From Felis catus (taxonomy: Eukaryota): 64,000 nt of DNA. The translations under genes and the position numbers were made by a program. A model generated the notes under the pieces. The model saw nothing but the letters and a program-made list of their open reading frames with translations. It searched no databases and was not told where the DNA came from. Below, in pieces: positions 41,108 through 53,952 of this stretch (within the stretch, counting starts at the first letter, position 1; each line of letters starts with the position of its first letter). The stretch covers positions 5,580,001-5,644,000 of the forward strand of contig NC_058368.1 in NCBI RefSeq assembly GCF_018350175.1, in the 5' to 3' direction.

Positions 41108-41169
41108 ATACTCCGTTGGCCAGTGGCCAGGCCACAGACTATTTATTTGTTGGAAATATTGTTTACACG
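41108..41169 (+). CDS. ATP8A2: ATP8A2 coding exon (approx. exon 31), (D)TPLASGQATDYLFVGNIVYT; M7-M8 loop and start of M8
   Basis: ttttcag| acceptor, ACG|gtaagt donor; 62 nt, phase 1-0, completes G|AT Asp codon from the 79-nt exon. Confidence 0.95.
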
Positions 41170-41547
41170 GTAAGTTTATCTCTGTTTACGGAACCATTCT
41201 TAAGTGGCATATGTGTGGGCTTGGCCTCTGAAAACCCTTTATATAAGGCCTTCCTTCATGTTATTTGTTTCAAATCTTTAAACCACATAGTATAGATTCC
41301 TTAGAGTTCAAAACGGTTGTGAAATGCTTACCTCACTTTTTTAGTGGAGATTTGACAGAGTCGATTTCTGGACAGGTGACTAACAGATCACCCCATTCTT
41401 CAAGTGACACTTTCACATCTACCTGTGAAAAAGGCAACGCTGAGAAAGGTTATTTTCCCTAAATCTTTCCAAGCTAAGAAAAGCACAAAAGTAACTCCAG
41501 CTGCCTCTGGAGGGGAGATTTGCGATTCTCCTAGAAAGTAAAAATAA

Positions 41548-41766
<219 letters not shown>

Positions 41767-42745
41767 TAAAAATCATCTTTTTATCTTTATCAGGGCAAAT
41801 TTGCAACCCAAACTTTTCTGATGATTCATTTGCTTGGCACTTAGTAACAGCTCTAAACTCTTAACAGTTTTCTCATGTCAAATATATATGCATGTTTTTA
41901 AAACAAAACAAATACAGAAGATACAGAAGAACAAAAAGGAGAATTTTTAATTTCCTTCACTTTACCACCAAGAGACAGTTGGTATTAACACTTTTCTGGA
42001 TAACATTACAGACCTTGTTCCATGTGTATTTTTAATAGGAGAACGCATTACAGAGCATATAGATAGTTTGGTGATCTTTTTTTTTCAGTTAAAAATATAT
42101 CATGAACATTTTCCATACCTAAAAGTATACTTGCACAAAACCTTTCTTCATGATTAAAGAGTATTAAGTTTTATCGATATCCAACATTTAATCATTCCCC
42201 AACTTTAGACGTTTTGGTGACTTGCCACGTTTCAGGATGATAACCCGTGTTTCATGTTTGTCTGTCACTACTGTTTTCATAGGCTTCTGCTTCTGGGAAA
42301 GTGAGGGAGGAGGTTGGAGCTGGATGTGGAAGGAGGGAATCTATTAATAGACAATGGCAGTTAATCCAAATGAGAGGTGATGGTGGCTTGACCCGGGGTG
42401 CTACAGGAGGAGGTAGTGAGAAATGGCCAGATTCCAGATGTATTTTTTAAAAAAGCTAGCAGCCCTTGATGATGGATTATGTCATGGGGTGCGGAAGAAA
42501 GGATGACATCGAGCATCGTCATATTAAGAGGAGAGAGGAGAAAAAGCTAACAGCTCAGTAGGCACTTAAAGGATTGTTAAGATGTAATATCCATCCCAGA
42601 TTTGTAAAAAGTTCTTTGGAAAATGAAGAGAATGGCCGAAATCTCAGTAAGTAAGAACATCTTGTTCTTTTTGCCCATTCAGTGCTTTCTTACTGGATTA
42701 ATGAGGCCTGGCTTTATGTAGCTCCAAGTTGGAGCAGACGCTGGT

Positions 42746-42765
42746 GAGGACCAGCAGGGGGCCTA
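42746..42765 (+). promoter_or_regulatory. Candidate CTCF-binding motif
   Basis: ggaCCAGCAGGGGGCcta matches core CCASYAGRKGGC; motif only, no occupancy evidence. Confidence 0.4.
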
Positions 42766-43036
42766 CTAAAAGTACGGGATGGGTCTAGGAGAAGGTCAGC
42801 TGCGGCCGCAAAAGCACCTTGATCTTAGTTTGGGGCCACCGGTTACTTGAAATCATCGTTAAATATTCTGAGACAAGGCCATTAGAAGATGGAAGTTTCC
42901 AATGACTAGTGATGGGTCAAAATGTTTCCCATAAGGAAGGGTGGCTTGGACACAGGGATTCTGCTGCAGGTGGGGTTCAGGTGGCTCTCCTGGGCCAGCG
43001 GACAAGCCCTGCCTGAGCGTGTGTTTCCTTTTGCAG

Positions 43037-43144
43037 TTCAGTCATCTGGCTGTCTGGGGAAGCATGCTGATCTGGCTGGTGTTTTTTGGCGTCTACTCAA
43101 CCATCTGGCCCACCATTCCCATTGCTCCAGATATGAAAGGACAG
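43037..43144 (+). CDS. ATP8A2: ATP8A2 coding exon (approx. exon 33), [37 protein letters not shown]9
   Basis: ccttttgcag| acceptor, CAG|gtcagt donor; 108 nt, phase 0-0; H..WGS motif of P4-ATPase M9. Confidence 0.96.
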
Positions 43145-45777
43145 GTCAGTGCTACTAATTGCGAATGGGCTTTCTGTGTCCAATGTCCGATGGTGATGAT
43201 GCTTTCCGTGTGTGGGCTTCTCCGGTCTCGTGACACTGATGAACTTCAGGAGAGGCTGGTATTGCCTGCTTCCATCAAAATTCAGAGGGAGGGAAATAAA
43301 CCAGATCAGAGCACCTGGAAGAGGTGGTCTTGTCCACACCAACGGCATCTGAAATTTTAACGACCGTAAGTAGTCAGCTTAAATCCGCTGACCTACCTGG
43401 CGTGTCCTCATTTCCATAATGGAATGTGTGTTGATTACACACAGTTCTGATGTGTACAGGTAGTTTTTGGCCCTTGGAAAACCGGAGTTGTTTTGAGTCA
43501 TTCACAATCCAATGATTATGTTGATGGTAGTTGTGAGGTTAAGTGTATTGTTACTCTCTGACTGATAGTCTCCTGTGCAAGATAAATCTAACACCTCTAT
43601 GAACCAGATCACTAATTCACCAGAATATCTTCTTGTTCATCTCTTGAACTAGAGAGGCTGAGGTTGAAGACCTATACACTTGTTTGAATTGTTTTAGTAT
43701 TTTCTTTTCTTCTGTATTTGTCCGGTGTTTGAGCCATCAACGGTGATGATCTTAGAGTCCCACAGTACTGGTTCTCGAGAGGAGTTTGACAATCCTAGGT
43801 TCCAAACCACCCCAGGTTACAAATGAAGCCATGCAGGCCCTGACACTCCAGGCTGACCCCATTTCGGGGTCTGCCCATAGCCAGAGCTGCCCAGAGACCC
43901 CCGGCAAGTGGCTGCCCCGGGCCCTGTGCTTTGGAGGCCTCCGTGATGGCTGTCCCTGGCTGGGTATGTTCCTCTTCGCAGGGTGAGGAGCCCATGGTAC
44001 ACAGAGCCAGAACCCCTACGTCTAGTCCCTTCCCTGGGTTCCTAGGACCCTGAGTTTCCTTCCCGAACAGCCACAAAAGCCAGCTTCCCAGGCCTGCCTG
44101 GCCCTCTTCCCAGATCCAGGCCTGTGTGAACACCCCTTGCCCCAAGGGGCAGCCAGGTGCCAGGTATGTGCTCTGGGCCAGCTCGGTGTTTGCATCTTTA
44201 GACCCACCCCCGTGTGCATGAGGCATGGGATGAGAAGAGAAGGCCTGGGGGTCAGGGGTTTCCACTCGTGTGCCTGCACCAGGAATACATATTTTAGGGA
44301 CAGGCCTGTCTGTGGCACAGCCGGCTGCTGTCTTAGCCTCACTTACTCTGCCGAAATAAGCCGAAACTCCTGGGTCTACCCAACGCGAGATACATGTGCA
44401 GCGGCCGTGTCGTGTGAGATAATCCGGGGGTGGCATTGCTTGTCTTTTTTGCTTGGCGAATCAGTAGTCGACGTCCCAGGGTGTCCAGGACCTCCCCTGA
44501 ATGTGGGTGCTGAGCAGGGCAGACGTGTTCTTCAGGAGTAGGCTTGTATGTCTCCTGATGCATCTTTGCCATCCGTAAGCAACGAGGCCAAACATACCTC
44601 TTCCAAATCCGAGTGACAGAGGAAATTCCAGAAGATGGTGTAGCAAGACAAGCATCTCCCGGCAAAGATACTTTGTACATTTAAAGAAATCAGTTCTACT
44701 TTAAAGCAATGGGGTCCATCCCCAGAACAAACCAAGTGCCTAGAATATCTGCTTCACATTCTCTTCCTTCTGGGCGAGGGCAGGTGTGGTCTCACGACTG
44801 TTTCTCTCGGGGAGTTTTTACGGTGCAGAGAACAGCTGATTGCTGAAGAGACTTTCTTATGTTAGAGAAAAGCGACGGCTGGCAGAATGGAATCCGTCCA
44901 CGCGTGGCCGGCCAGCAAAAACTGCTAGTTTGGAAACCCCTCCCGGCATCTTCAACAAGGAGAAGCTCGCGTGAACCCCCTCTGTACGCATTTGTAGCCG
45001 CAACTCCATTCCAAATGTGCACGAGCTAGTCTGGTTTCCAACTCTCACTCCGATCAAGAGGTTACTTTCCACGTTCAGAGAGGCCACGTTTGCCAGGCAG
45101 ACCCTAACAGGCCACATTTTCACTATCCAAGTTGCTTCCTGTGTGAAGCCTCGACTGAAATTTCTGTCGTTGAGGACCTTTCAACCACATTTAACCAGGT
45201 AGTCCTACCACCCCAAAGCAAAGAAACGATCATATCAAACCACATTTCACTTTGGCATACACATGGTTTTATTTTTCACGTATTCCCCATCGTTCTAACT
45301 TTTTTGTTGGTTGGTTTGCGTGAGGCAAAGGAAGTCTTGAAATCCAACATGGCTGGCCGGGACTGAGGTTCTCGCTAGACGTTGAATGAGATGATTAATG
45401 TAGTTTTCATGTCATAGGATTTCTAAGTCAGTATTCTGCTGTCTGTGTTTAAAGAGCTGTTTATTATCTCTAGTCTTCGTCTGGGGGAGACCTCTTAGTG
45501 GGGACAGGTGTCAGAGAACAATGTCAACGCTCTTTCACCTGCTGTCTGCTGCCCAGTGGTTTGTTCATCCTTTGAACACTTTTGAAGAAGCCCTTGCATG
45601 GAGAGTGGCCAACACTAGCCTGAGGTCTCCCAAAGACCTCCTGCGGACTCCGAAGGGATTTCAGGCTATCGTAAAGAAAGATGGGAGCCGGGCTCAGGTA
45701 CAGGCAGAAACAGGGCTCCTTAGGGTTACTGTCGAAAATGTGCCCAAGCCGTGGTCATCCCTTTGGTTCTAGGTTGG

Positions 45778-46107
45778 CATTATGGACTCAGTGTTTGTGT
45801 CCCGAACCTCTGATTCACGTGGTAAAGCCCTAACCCCCAGTGTGATGGTATTTGGAGGTAGGGCCTTTGGGAAGTTATTAGGTCATCGAGGGGATTAGTG
45901 CCCATAGAAGAAGGGGCCAGAGAGCTAGCTTACTTGGTTTCTGCCACGTTGAAGCTGTGATGAAAAGTTAGATGTCTGCACCGGAAAGACCAGGCCGGCA
46001 CCCTGATCTCAGACGTCCAGCCTCCAGAACCATGAGAAATAAATGTCTGGGGCTGATAAGCCACCCCCATCTATGGTATTTCCTTATAGCAGCCTGAGCT
46101 AAAACCA
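45778..46107 (+). mobile_element. MaLR solo LTR (MLT1A-like)
   Basis: ctaacccccagtgtgatggtatttggagg..ggcctttggga..ccagcctccagaaccatgagaaataaatg..tatggtattt..tatagcagcc. Confidence 0.88.
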
Positions 46108-47339
46108 TTGGCGAGTGCTTAGGAGTGAGGGGTACTCTGGGAGAAGACTGCTGTTGTTGTTACATGTTTTTAGTGACTTGTAGAAACTTTTTTTTGTAGT
46201 TCCCAAAGCGGTAGGATTTTGGCAAATGAAGCTGGTTCTTTTGAGCTTTGGAATTCAACTAGTGTAATGGCAAACGGCATTTCTCACTGAGGAGCCCAAG
46301 ACAGATACCCCGCACAAAACATTCTGTCTATTCATAACATCCTAAACTGTTGAAAAGATGCATTGTTTCTGCTGGGGTTTCCTAACAGATTTAGTTCAAT
46401 ATTTCTTTCTTTGTCTCATCCATTATGTTTGGAGTTTTTCTCATGGCGGGGAGAAGGCAGGTTTTCCCTCGAGGGCAAAGGAGGAGAAGGCTCTAGATGA
46501 GAGTGATTTTCCACCGTCAAAGGGTCTTTATCTTCCCTCCAGTACCTCATGATATGGTACTCGAAACCCAGCCAGACAGTGAGCCAGGAAGTCTCAGTGG
46601 CAGTTTCTGAACTCAGAGAAGTCATCTGAAAATATGCAACATTTGTGGGATTTTTAAGGGACACCCTGTTTTTCTATTTTTCTAGGCCCATGCTAGATCG
46701 AAAGCGAATTAAAAACTCAAGTTGCATCTATCCTGGTTACTGCCAAAGTCCCCTACCAGGGAAAATATGTGCTGATGTTTTCCCATAGAGGACCATATGT
46801 TTTTCTTTCTCCCAGTAGCATAACCATGGGTTACAGGCATCTCCATAATGGGTCCCCCAAGCCAGTGCTTGAAGGTGGCTTAGCCCAGAGTTGCCTGCTG
46901 AAGGGAGAGCTTTCAGTTAGAGAGAGGACGACTTTATCTAAAACTGGATTGGGAAACATATTTACATTTTCTTCACGTATTTCTCAAGGCTTTTAGCTTG
47001 GGGAGTATCTGAGGGGATATCATCTCATTTGACCTCTGTGTAAAAGTCAAGAGACCTGCCCTAACTAGCTTTATAACCTTTGGTAAGTCCCTTAGTCCGC
47101 GTTAATTTCCTTATCGGCAAAGTCAGTGTAATATTGCACTAATTACCTCAGAGGCACATGGTACAGATATAACAAGAAAACCTGAGGGAGTTAGAAGACA
47201 TGCCTGCTCTTTTTCCTGGAGTGACCAATTATTTTTGAACTTTTGTAAACAGAGATATTGTACACTCGGCTCCCAATTCTTTTGTCCAGAGGATTTTAAC
47301 GTTTTATAGGTTCTAGATGTGATATTTATCCGTAAGTTC

Positions 47340-47422
47340 AGGTGACCACCTGCATCTGAATCATCTGGGTTGCCTGTTAAAAAACAACCTCCTCCCCACC
47401 CAGAAAATACGTTCTTCCAAGG

Positions 47423-47472
<50 letters not shown>

Positions 47473-47563
47473 ATCACAGTCCCTGGGTGTGTAGCCCCAA
47501 CCTCTGAATTTTAATAAACCTTCAAGCTATTCCTCCCTTTAATGTTTGAGAACCACTGCTCTA
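47340..47563. mobile_element. MER5-like hAT element interrupted by microsatellite
   Basis: gcatctgaatcatctggg..tgttaaaa and end tttgagaaccactgctcta. Confidence 0.65.
47422..47470. repeat. (GC)n(AC)n alternating purine-pyrimidine microsatellite
   Basis: gcacgcgcgcgcacacaca... directly visible. Confidence 0.95.
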
Positions 47564-48955
47564 AGACACCTAAAATATTACTCCATCAGTGTTCGAGTCA
47601 TGCAGGGTGTTACAGGGAGAAGATGGTATGTTTAAAATATTCACAAATGATTTCTGTCTCATGGGCAGTGCTTATGTAAGACATGGCGGGCATCGCCAGT
47701 GACTGCTTTAAGGCGGCTAGCTTTCCAAATAGAGAATTATATCAGAGGACATTACATCGTTCACCGTGGAAAAATATTCCTCATCAATTTTGGTGCTTTT
47801 CCTTTAACGTTCTCTTCATTGCTAGTAAAAGAGGAGAAAAAAACCTTTCACTTCAAAGCTTACAAACCGCTAACTCTGTAGTGCCAAGCTCCAGGCTTCA
47901 GCCAGTTTCTGGCCTATGACAGGCTTTTTTTCTTTTTAATACTAAATACAGGAATGGGTTTACATTTGAGTTTTATACCCACACTCGTGTATACACAGTG
48001 CAAATCCCAACGGACTAACAGTCTACAGAATGGAGGTATCATTGCTCACCATCGTTGGTCAAAGAGATCCACTACTCATCTTCCCTAACTGACTGCTTTC
48101 TCCGGGACTTGGCAACCTAGTAAGATCTCAGGCCCAGGTATTTTCCACACAGAATGTTAAGAGAGGCGTTTTTGTTTCCAAGTGCCTCAGGGAGGCAAGC
48201 GAGGGAGAAGGGTAACAGCCCCATCGGCCACCACCTTTGCTCAGCTGGGGTTCTAGAACATCTCTGCAGGACAAAGGCCCACCCAAGGGCCAGGAGGGGA
48301 CTTGTGCCCGGGTTAAGTTTCCTGGCGTGGGACAATGTTGCTCACCCCCAGCATCCATCCTCCTCCACGCTTTCCCGAGGGGCCTGGTTCGTAGGCACAT
48401 ACAAGGCCTTGTGCAAGAGGTCCAGCACCTTCGGGGACTCATTTCCCCCCCACCCCCCGACTCCTGGGGAGAGCTTGATCCCAGCCCCTGCTGTCTAAGT
48501 GATTCAGAAACCCTACAGGGGACACAGGAGACATTCGCTGGGGGCTTCTGCGAGAGAAGTATGTTTGCTCCCAGGAGAAATCCATCAAAGAGACGGCTTT
48601 CTCCTGTGCGTGATGTGGTTGCTGCCGTGCCGGCCAGAGCTGTTCAACCATCGGGAGGGAAGCCCCTCCAGAATCTTTCTGCCACCATGAAAGATGTGAT
48701 ATAAAGACAGAAGACCACCAGAGTCTCTTGCGTGAGTGTTGAGCCACCAAATGAAGCCAGCCTTGTAGTGCCCCCACCCTGCACCCACGTCCACTCTCCA
48801 AGGAGCACCTCATGCGTGTGCCACCCGTACTGTGTCAGTAGCAGGTGCATAGAAAAGGCACTTGACCCTCATGTCGGTGTTGGGACATTTCTTTTATAGT
48901 CACCAGTATGCAGTCAATCAAGAAAGTATGTGCTTTAAAAAAAAAAAAAGAAACA

Positions 48956-49182
48956 GAGGCGCCTGGGTGGCGCAGTCGGTTAAGCGTCCAACTTCGGCTC
49001 AGGTCACGATCTCACGGTCCGTGAGTTCGAGCCCCGCGTCGGGCTCTGGGCTGATGGCTCGGAGCCTGGAGCCTGTTTCCGATTCTGTGTCTCCCTCTCT
49101 CTCTGCCCCTCCCCCGTTCATGCTCTGTCTCTCTCTGTCCCAAAAATAAATAAACGTTGAAAAAAAAATTAAAATAAAAAAA
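48956..49182 (+). mobile_element. Young felid SINE (SINEC_Fc-like; ttcggctcagg variant)
   Basis: Full-length, CpG-rich, inserted in an A-rich site. Confidence 0.95.
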
Positions 49183-49604
49183 GACAGGCCTAAGGCTTAA
49201 CATTGCATATTACACCGTATTCGAACTTGGGCGCTTGTAGATTTATTTAAAGATTTGGTAAAAAATTACTTTAATATCACAATCGTTAGTGTTTTAGGTA
49301 ATAACATCCCAGAAACACCTAACATGAATACTGTAAAGCTTATTGGAATTCTCTTTAATATAGCAATATTGAATAGAGTAGGTTCTGTTTTCCTCAAATA
49401 ATGTTTATTTTAAAAGCCTGTGGCCCCGGCTTGTATGAGAAGTGGTCAGCCTCAGGAGGTAGTAAGTTCCATCGGTAGAGACTTGTCTCTTGGCTTCAAA
49501 TAACTTTCTGGTATCTACTTTGTGCAGTTTTCTTGTTTATTGAGGTTGGCCAAATTATTTGTGGAAGTCCGATTTGTATTCTGGCTTTTAAACTTGTACA
49601 TTTT

Positions 49605-49862
49605 GGGGGCGCCTGGGTGGCTGAGTCGGTTAAGCGTCCAGCTCTTGATTTTGGCTCAGGTCATGATCTCCTGGTTCATGAGATGGAACCCCACGTTAGC
49701 CTCTGTCTATGCTGACAGGGCGGGGCCTGCTTGGGATTCTCTCTCTCCCTCCCTCTCTCTCTGCCCCTGCCCTCTTCTCTCTCACTCTCTCTTTCTCTCT
49801 CTCTCTCTCTCCAAATAAATAAAAAAACTTTTTAAAAAATATATAGTTTAAAAAAATAAAAA
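49605..49862 (+). mobile_element. Carnivore SINE
   Basis: TSD cttgtacaYtttggg on both sides. Confidence 0.93.
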
Positions 49863-50684
49863 TAAGCTTGTACACTTTGGGTGATAATAAGATTGACTTG
49901 CTCTGTTTCTGGATGACATTCTCTGAATACATAACAATGTGAACAAAACTAAGAAGGACTCCCAGGTCTCTCCAGTGTCTGTAACTCTCGTCATCCACGT
50001 CCAGAATGAGTTTGTCCTGCTTACGGGCTCCCCACACTAATCCCTGTTGGAGGCAATCACTAGAACCAAAAAACATGAACCAAACTATAACCAAAAATTC
50101 TTCATTGATAATGAAGGGAAAAACAGACACAGTTGCTTGATTAGGGATATCAAGATGAGTTCTCCCAGGACTATGAATATCTGGGCTCTGAGATGAGAAA
50201 ATTCAGGCATCGGATAACAGTTCTGTCAGAACACGGATGGCCTTTGTAGATGTTACATGTCATGCCAAGTTGTTTTTGTTTGTCGTTCCCTGATGATCAA
50301 ACAAGGGGGAGAGTATATTTTTCAAAATGTGGTAGCTCCTTAAAGCAATTTCAGATTCTTTCTACGGGCAGTAATGGGGCCAACGCCACTTGGCCTGGTT
50401 GCTTCTGTGCAAGGCCTGGCGGGATCCACAGAAACAGTCTGGGTTAAAGTGACCAGGATCAAACCTCTCTCCTATTCAGTGCACATCCTAATGTTGAAAG
50501 TGGGATTTGAACTCAGTTAACCTAATGCCTAAGAAATACATAAAGTGAAGTCTACTGTTCATAACGTCTGTAACTGTTAATTCTGAGTCTCAGTTTCATC
50601 GGGTATGTGGAGTAGATGATATCTATCTCTGGAGCTAGTAGGTTGAGGAAGAGAAGGCATGTAAATAATAGTAGGTAATGTTAC

Positions 50685-50842
50685 GGGGGTGGGGAAATGG
50701 GTGGTGGGCATTAAGGAGAGCACTTGTTGGGATGAGCACTGGCTGTTGTTATGTAAGTGACACATCAAGGGAATCTACTTGTGAAGCCAAGACTACACTG
50801 TATGTTAGCTAACTTGCCAATAAAAAAAGGAAAGAAAAGAAA
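50685..50842 (+). mobile_element. Carnivore-lineage L1 3' terminal fragment
   Basis: gggcattaaggagagcacttgttgggatgagcactgg..acactgtatgttagctaactt..aataaaaaa, typical carnivore L1 3' end. Confidence 0.85.
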
Positions 50843-50917
50843 GTGCATCACTGGTTAGAAATATGGCACGGCCTCCAGGGCCATTGCATAAGTGAGGGTT
50901 AAAAAGTGGGCAAATCC

Positions 50918-51125
50918 GGGTGGCTCAGTCCGTTGAGCGGCCGACTTCAGCTCAGGTCATCATCTTGCAGTTCGTGAGTTCGAGCCCCGCGTTGGGCTCT
51001 GTGCTAACAAACAGCTCGGAGCCTGGAGCCTGCTTCGGATTCTGTGTCTCTCCACCCCACCCCACCCCCCTGCTCATTCTCTGCCTCTGTCTCTCAAAAA
51101 TAAATGTTAAAAAAAAATTTTTTTT
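50918..51125 (+). mobile_element. Slightly 5'-truncated feliform SINE
   Basis: Perfect 15-bp TSD aaagtgggcaaatcc (50903-50917 / 51126-51140). Confidence 0.94.
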
Positions 51126-52694
51126 AAAGTGGGCAAATCCTGCAACTTGATGCCCAAAGGCATCCCAACTGGGCCTGAGTTCCTCTGGTTCTCTGCAGAC
51201 CTACCAGAAGTCCCGCCCTGAACCTCTCAGCAAACCTTCCTCGCAAGGTCTTTGTCAGAGCGCTGCAAAATAGGTTGGGTGAACAGGTCGTACAACTGCA
51301 CCAGCAGGCTAATAAATGTTTGTACGCTTGGCACAAAAAAAAAAGTAGGTAACGTTATTGAGAACCTACTAAGTCTCAGACAAATGTGCATTCACACAAG
51401 TGTATGGTGCACACAAGCAGTTACATGGGGAATCAAGCATTAGCTCACCTGATGATCTTCGAGCCGTAGGAGGGCACAGAGGCTTGGAAACAAAGCAGCA
51501 GCACCTCGGTCAGTCTGGGGAGGGCAGTAGCTGAGACTCGGTGGCTATGGAGAGCACCCGGGGTGATTGATACTGGGTACAAGCCAGATGTCACCTAAGT
51601 GTCAGGCGAATCTCCTTGAAATTGTGCTTTGATTAACTTGCATCGGAAGACGCTTACCCTGCAGTGTAGTCAAATTTTTAAAAGGTAACTGCAGAGTCAG
51701 AAGCAGTACACGTACCTTGTGTGCGAGCTGCACGCTTCTGCCCTTGAACCCCAGGGAAAGTAGGTTTCAGACCATGTCTTTTTTTTTTTTTTTTTTAGGT
51801 ATGTCGTAAAAAGCCCTTTTTTTTTAGTTCCTACTCCCCCACCCCCAACACCCCTCTTCTCTTTTGGCAGTTTATTTTATTTTGGCCTCTCGTTTCAAGG
51901 ATGCTGTGTGCTAATTAGAGGCCAGGCGGCTTTGATTGTGAGTTATTTTTCTCCTCAGTGAAGGGTTTTGTTGTGGTGTTGGCATTTGCCATTCATTCGG
52001 ATGTTAATTTTTTTAAATATCTGTCAGCAAATTAAAGTACACATTACATGCTGATTTTGTTTGTTTGTAATATTTATACTCCGCGGTCACTGAGTATGTT
52101 TGATGTGGTTTTGAACTTTTCCTTTCTCCAAACATGTGGAAATGCGTATGTGGGGCGCTGGAGTTGAGACTCTACGCAGGAGTTTCCTTCTCTGACATCT
52201 GCAGAGAAAAACGGCCTTGACTGGTGACCACGGTGTGCAACTTGTGGTCCTCCCGCCCAGGGACATCCGTGTTCTTTAGGCTTGTTCTGTTTAAGAGGTG
52301 GAGAGCTGCCTGGGAGAGGCCAGCAGCGAAAGGGTTTGTGCAAGGAAAGACAAACCTCGCAAGAAAAGTTGGGTCAGACTAAAGAGAATCACAGCCTGCG
52401 ATTAGGCCTCTGCCACGGCTGTCGTATTTTGTGTAAACAACGATACAAAGCTGCTGTTGGCAGAATCCAAGAAGACCAAAATAGTGAAAGGATTTAAAGG
52501 AGGTGAGATCTTCAGTCACTCTTGTGCATCGTAAAATATTAGCACCCATCGAGGAAATTGTATGCTTCTGAAACCAAGATTAACCAGCTGTTAGAGTGTT
52601 TGGCATTCCTTTGGCTAAAGACAGGAAAAGAGAAATCTAGGGTTACCTGTATCTGTGCCTATTGTGCTCATTCATTCATGGGTTTTGTTTTCGC

Positions 52695-52910
52695 TTTTTA
52701 AAAAAAAAAAAATTTTTTTTAATGTTTATTTTTGAGAGAGAAAGACAGAGCGTGAGAAGGGGAGGGGCAGAGAGAGAAGGAGACACAGAATCCAAAGCAG
52801 GCTCCAAGCCATCAGCACAGAGCCCGATGAGGGGCTCCAACCCACAGACTGTGAGATCACGACCTGAACCGAAGTCAGATGCTCAAGCGACGGAGCCCCC
52901 CAGGTGCCCC
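52695..52910 (-). mobile_element. Feliform SINE
   Basis: TSD core ggttttgtttt. Confidence 0.92.
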
Positions 52911-53229
52911 TGGTTTTGTTTTAGTTTTTTAATTGCTACACCCTGATTGTAATAAAGGATAGAACCTGAAAGAAGGGCATGTTTACATGTGGAGATTTCT
53001 GAGTGCCAGTGAAGGCAAGCCCCGCCCACCCTTCTCAGCCTCAGCAAACAAGCCTGTTGCCTCCTGGGTGGAGGGCCATCTTGTCATCAGTCACCCGCCC
53101 TACATCTTTGTGGTCACAGCCCCTAAATCCCTTCCCCTCTTCCAGAACATGTATTTAGACAGTGCTGGTTCTGCCTCTGCTCCACATCTGGTTCTGAACT
53201 TGGCATCTAGAACTAGTCAGCCAGGATGT

Positions 53230-53615
53230 CCATATCACGGACCATGGTGACGGATTCAGGAATGGGCATGGGGACCTGCACCAGGCCACTTAGAGGCCGT
53301 TCAAGGATTTGTTTTTAATAGAAACTAACAGGGGAAGGAGAAGGCACTCTTGCTGCTGGTTTGTCATACGGGGATGATGTTGGCCTGGAGCTGCCAGTGG
53401 CCACTGTGGAGAGAGTGCCTGGCTGGGGACGAGCCGAGCGCAGAGGAGAAGCTGAACCCGGAGAGAACCGCTTTGAGTGCACTCCTGGATCCAGCTCTTC
53501 CTGAAGCTAGGGCCATCTCCAAACTTTCGGATACACATAAGCCAGTATATTCCCATTTTTGCTTCAGACAATTCGAGTTGGATTTCTGTTACTTCCGAGA
53601 AGAGTCCTAATTAAT
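53230..53615 (+). mobile_element. Old MaLR LTR (MLT1J/K-like)
   Basis: cctggatccagct..cctgaagctag..ataagccagta.attccc..tttgagttggatttctgttactt-like 3' end. Confidence 0.65.
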
Positions 53616-53952
53616 GAAGAAATGGCTAAGTTGCAGACACAAAAGGGAAACGTGACTGAGACAAGTGAAGATAGGGCTCTCCTCTCCTTCTGGAAAATTG
53701 ACAGGCCTTGTTACGTTGTGGAAAAGCAGCTGGCCAACTTTTCCCCCCACTGTGTCTCCAAATTGAGTGCCATGGGACACTGCCTACTTTTTGTAGCCGC
53801 CCTCCCCTCCTTCCCCACCCAGAACGAGAAGACAGGCTTGGGTGGAACTAATCGTTTGCGACAGAGATGGAAGGACATGGAACATTTTCTGCGAGAGGCC
53901 TCTGGGAAGCCAATGATTCAAAATGTCTTAGAGTCTAATGGTCCTGAGCAGA

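Noticed and set aside
43795..44436. 213-aa minus-strand ORF, the longest in the window
   Set aside because: GC-rich intron, overlapping ORFs in several frames, no recognisable domain.
48117..48850. Cluster of overlapping ORFs, possible processed pseudogene
   Set aside because: None of the translations resembles a protein I recognise; explained by GC content.
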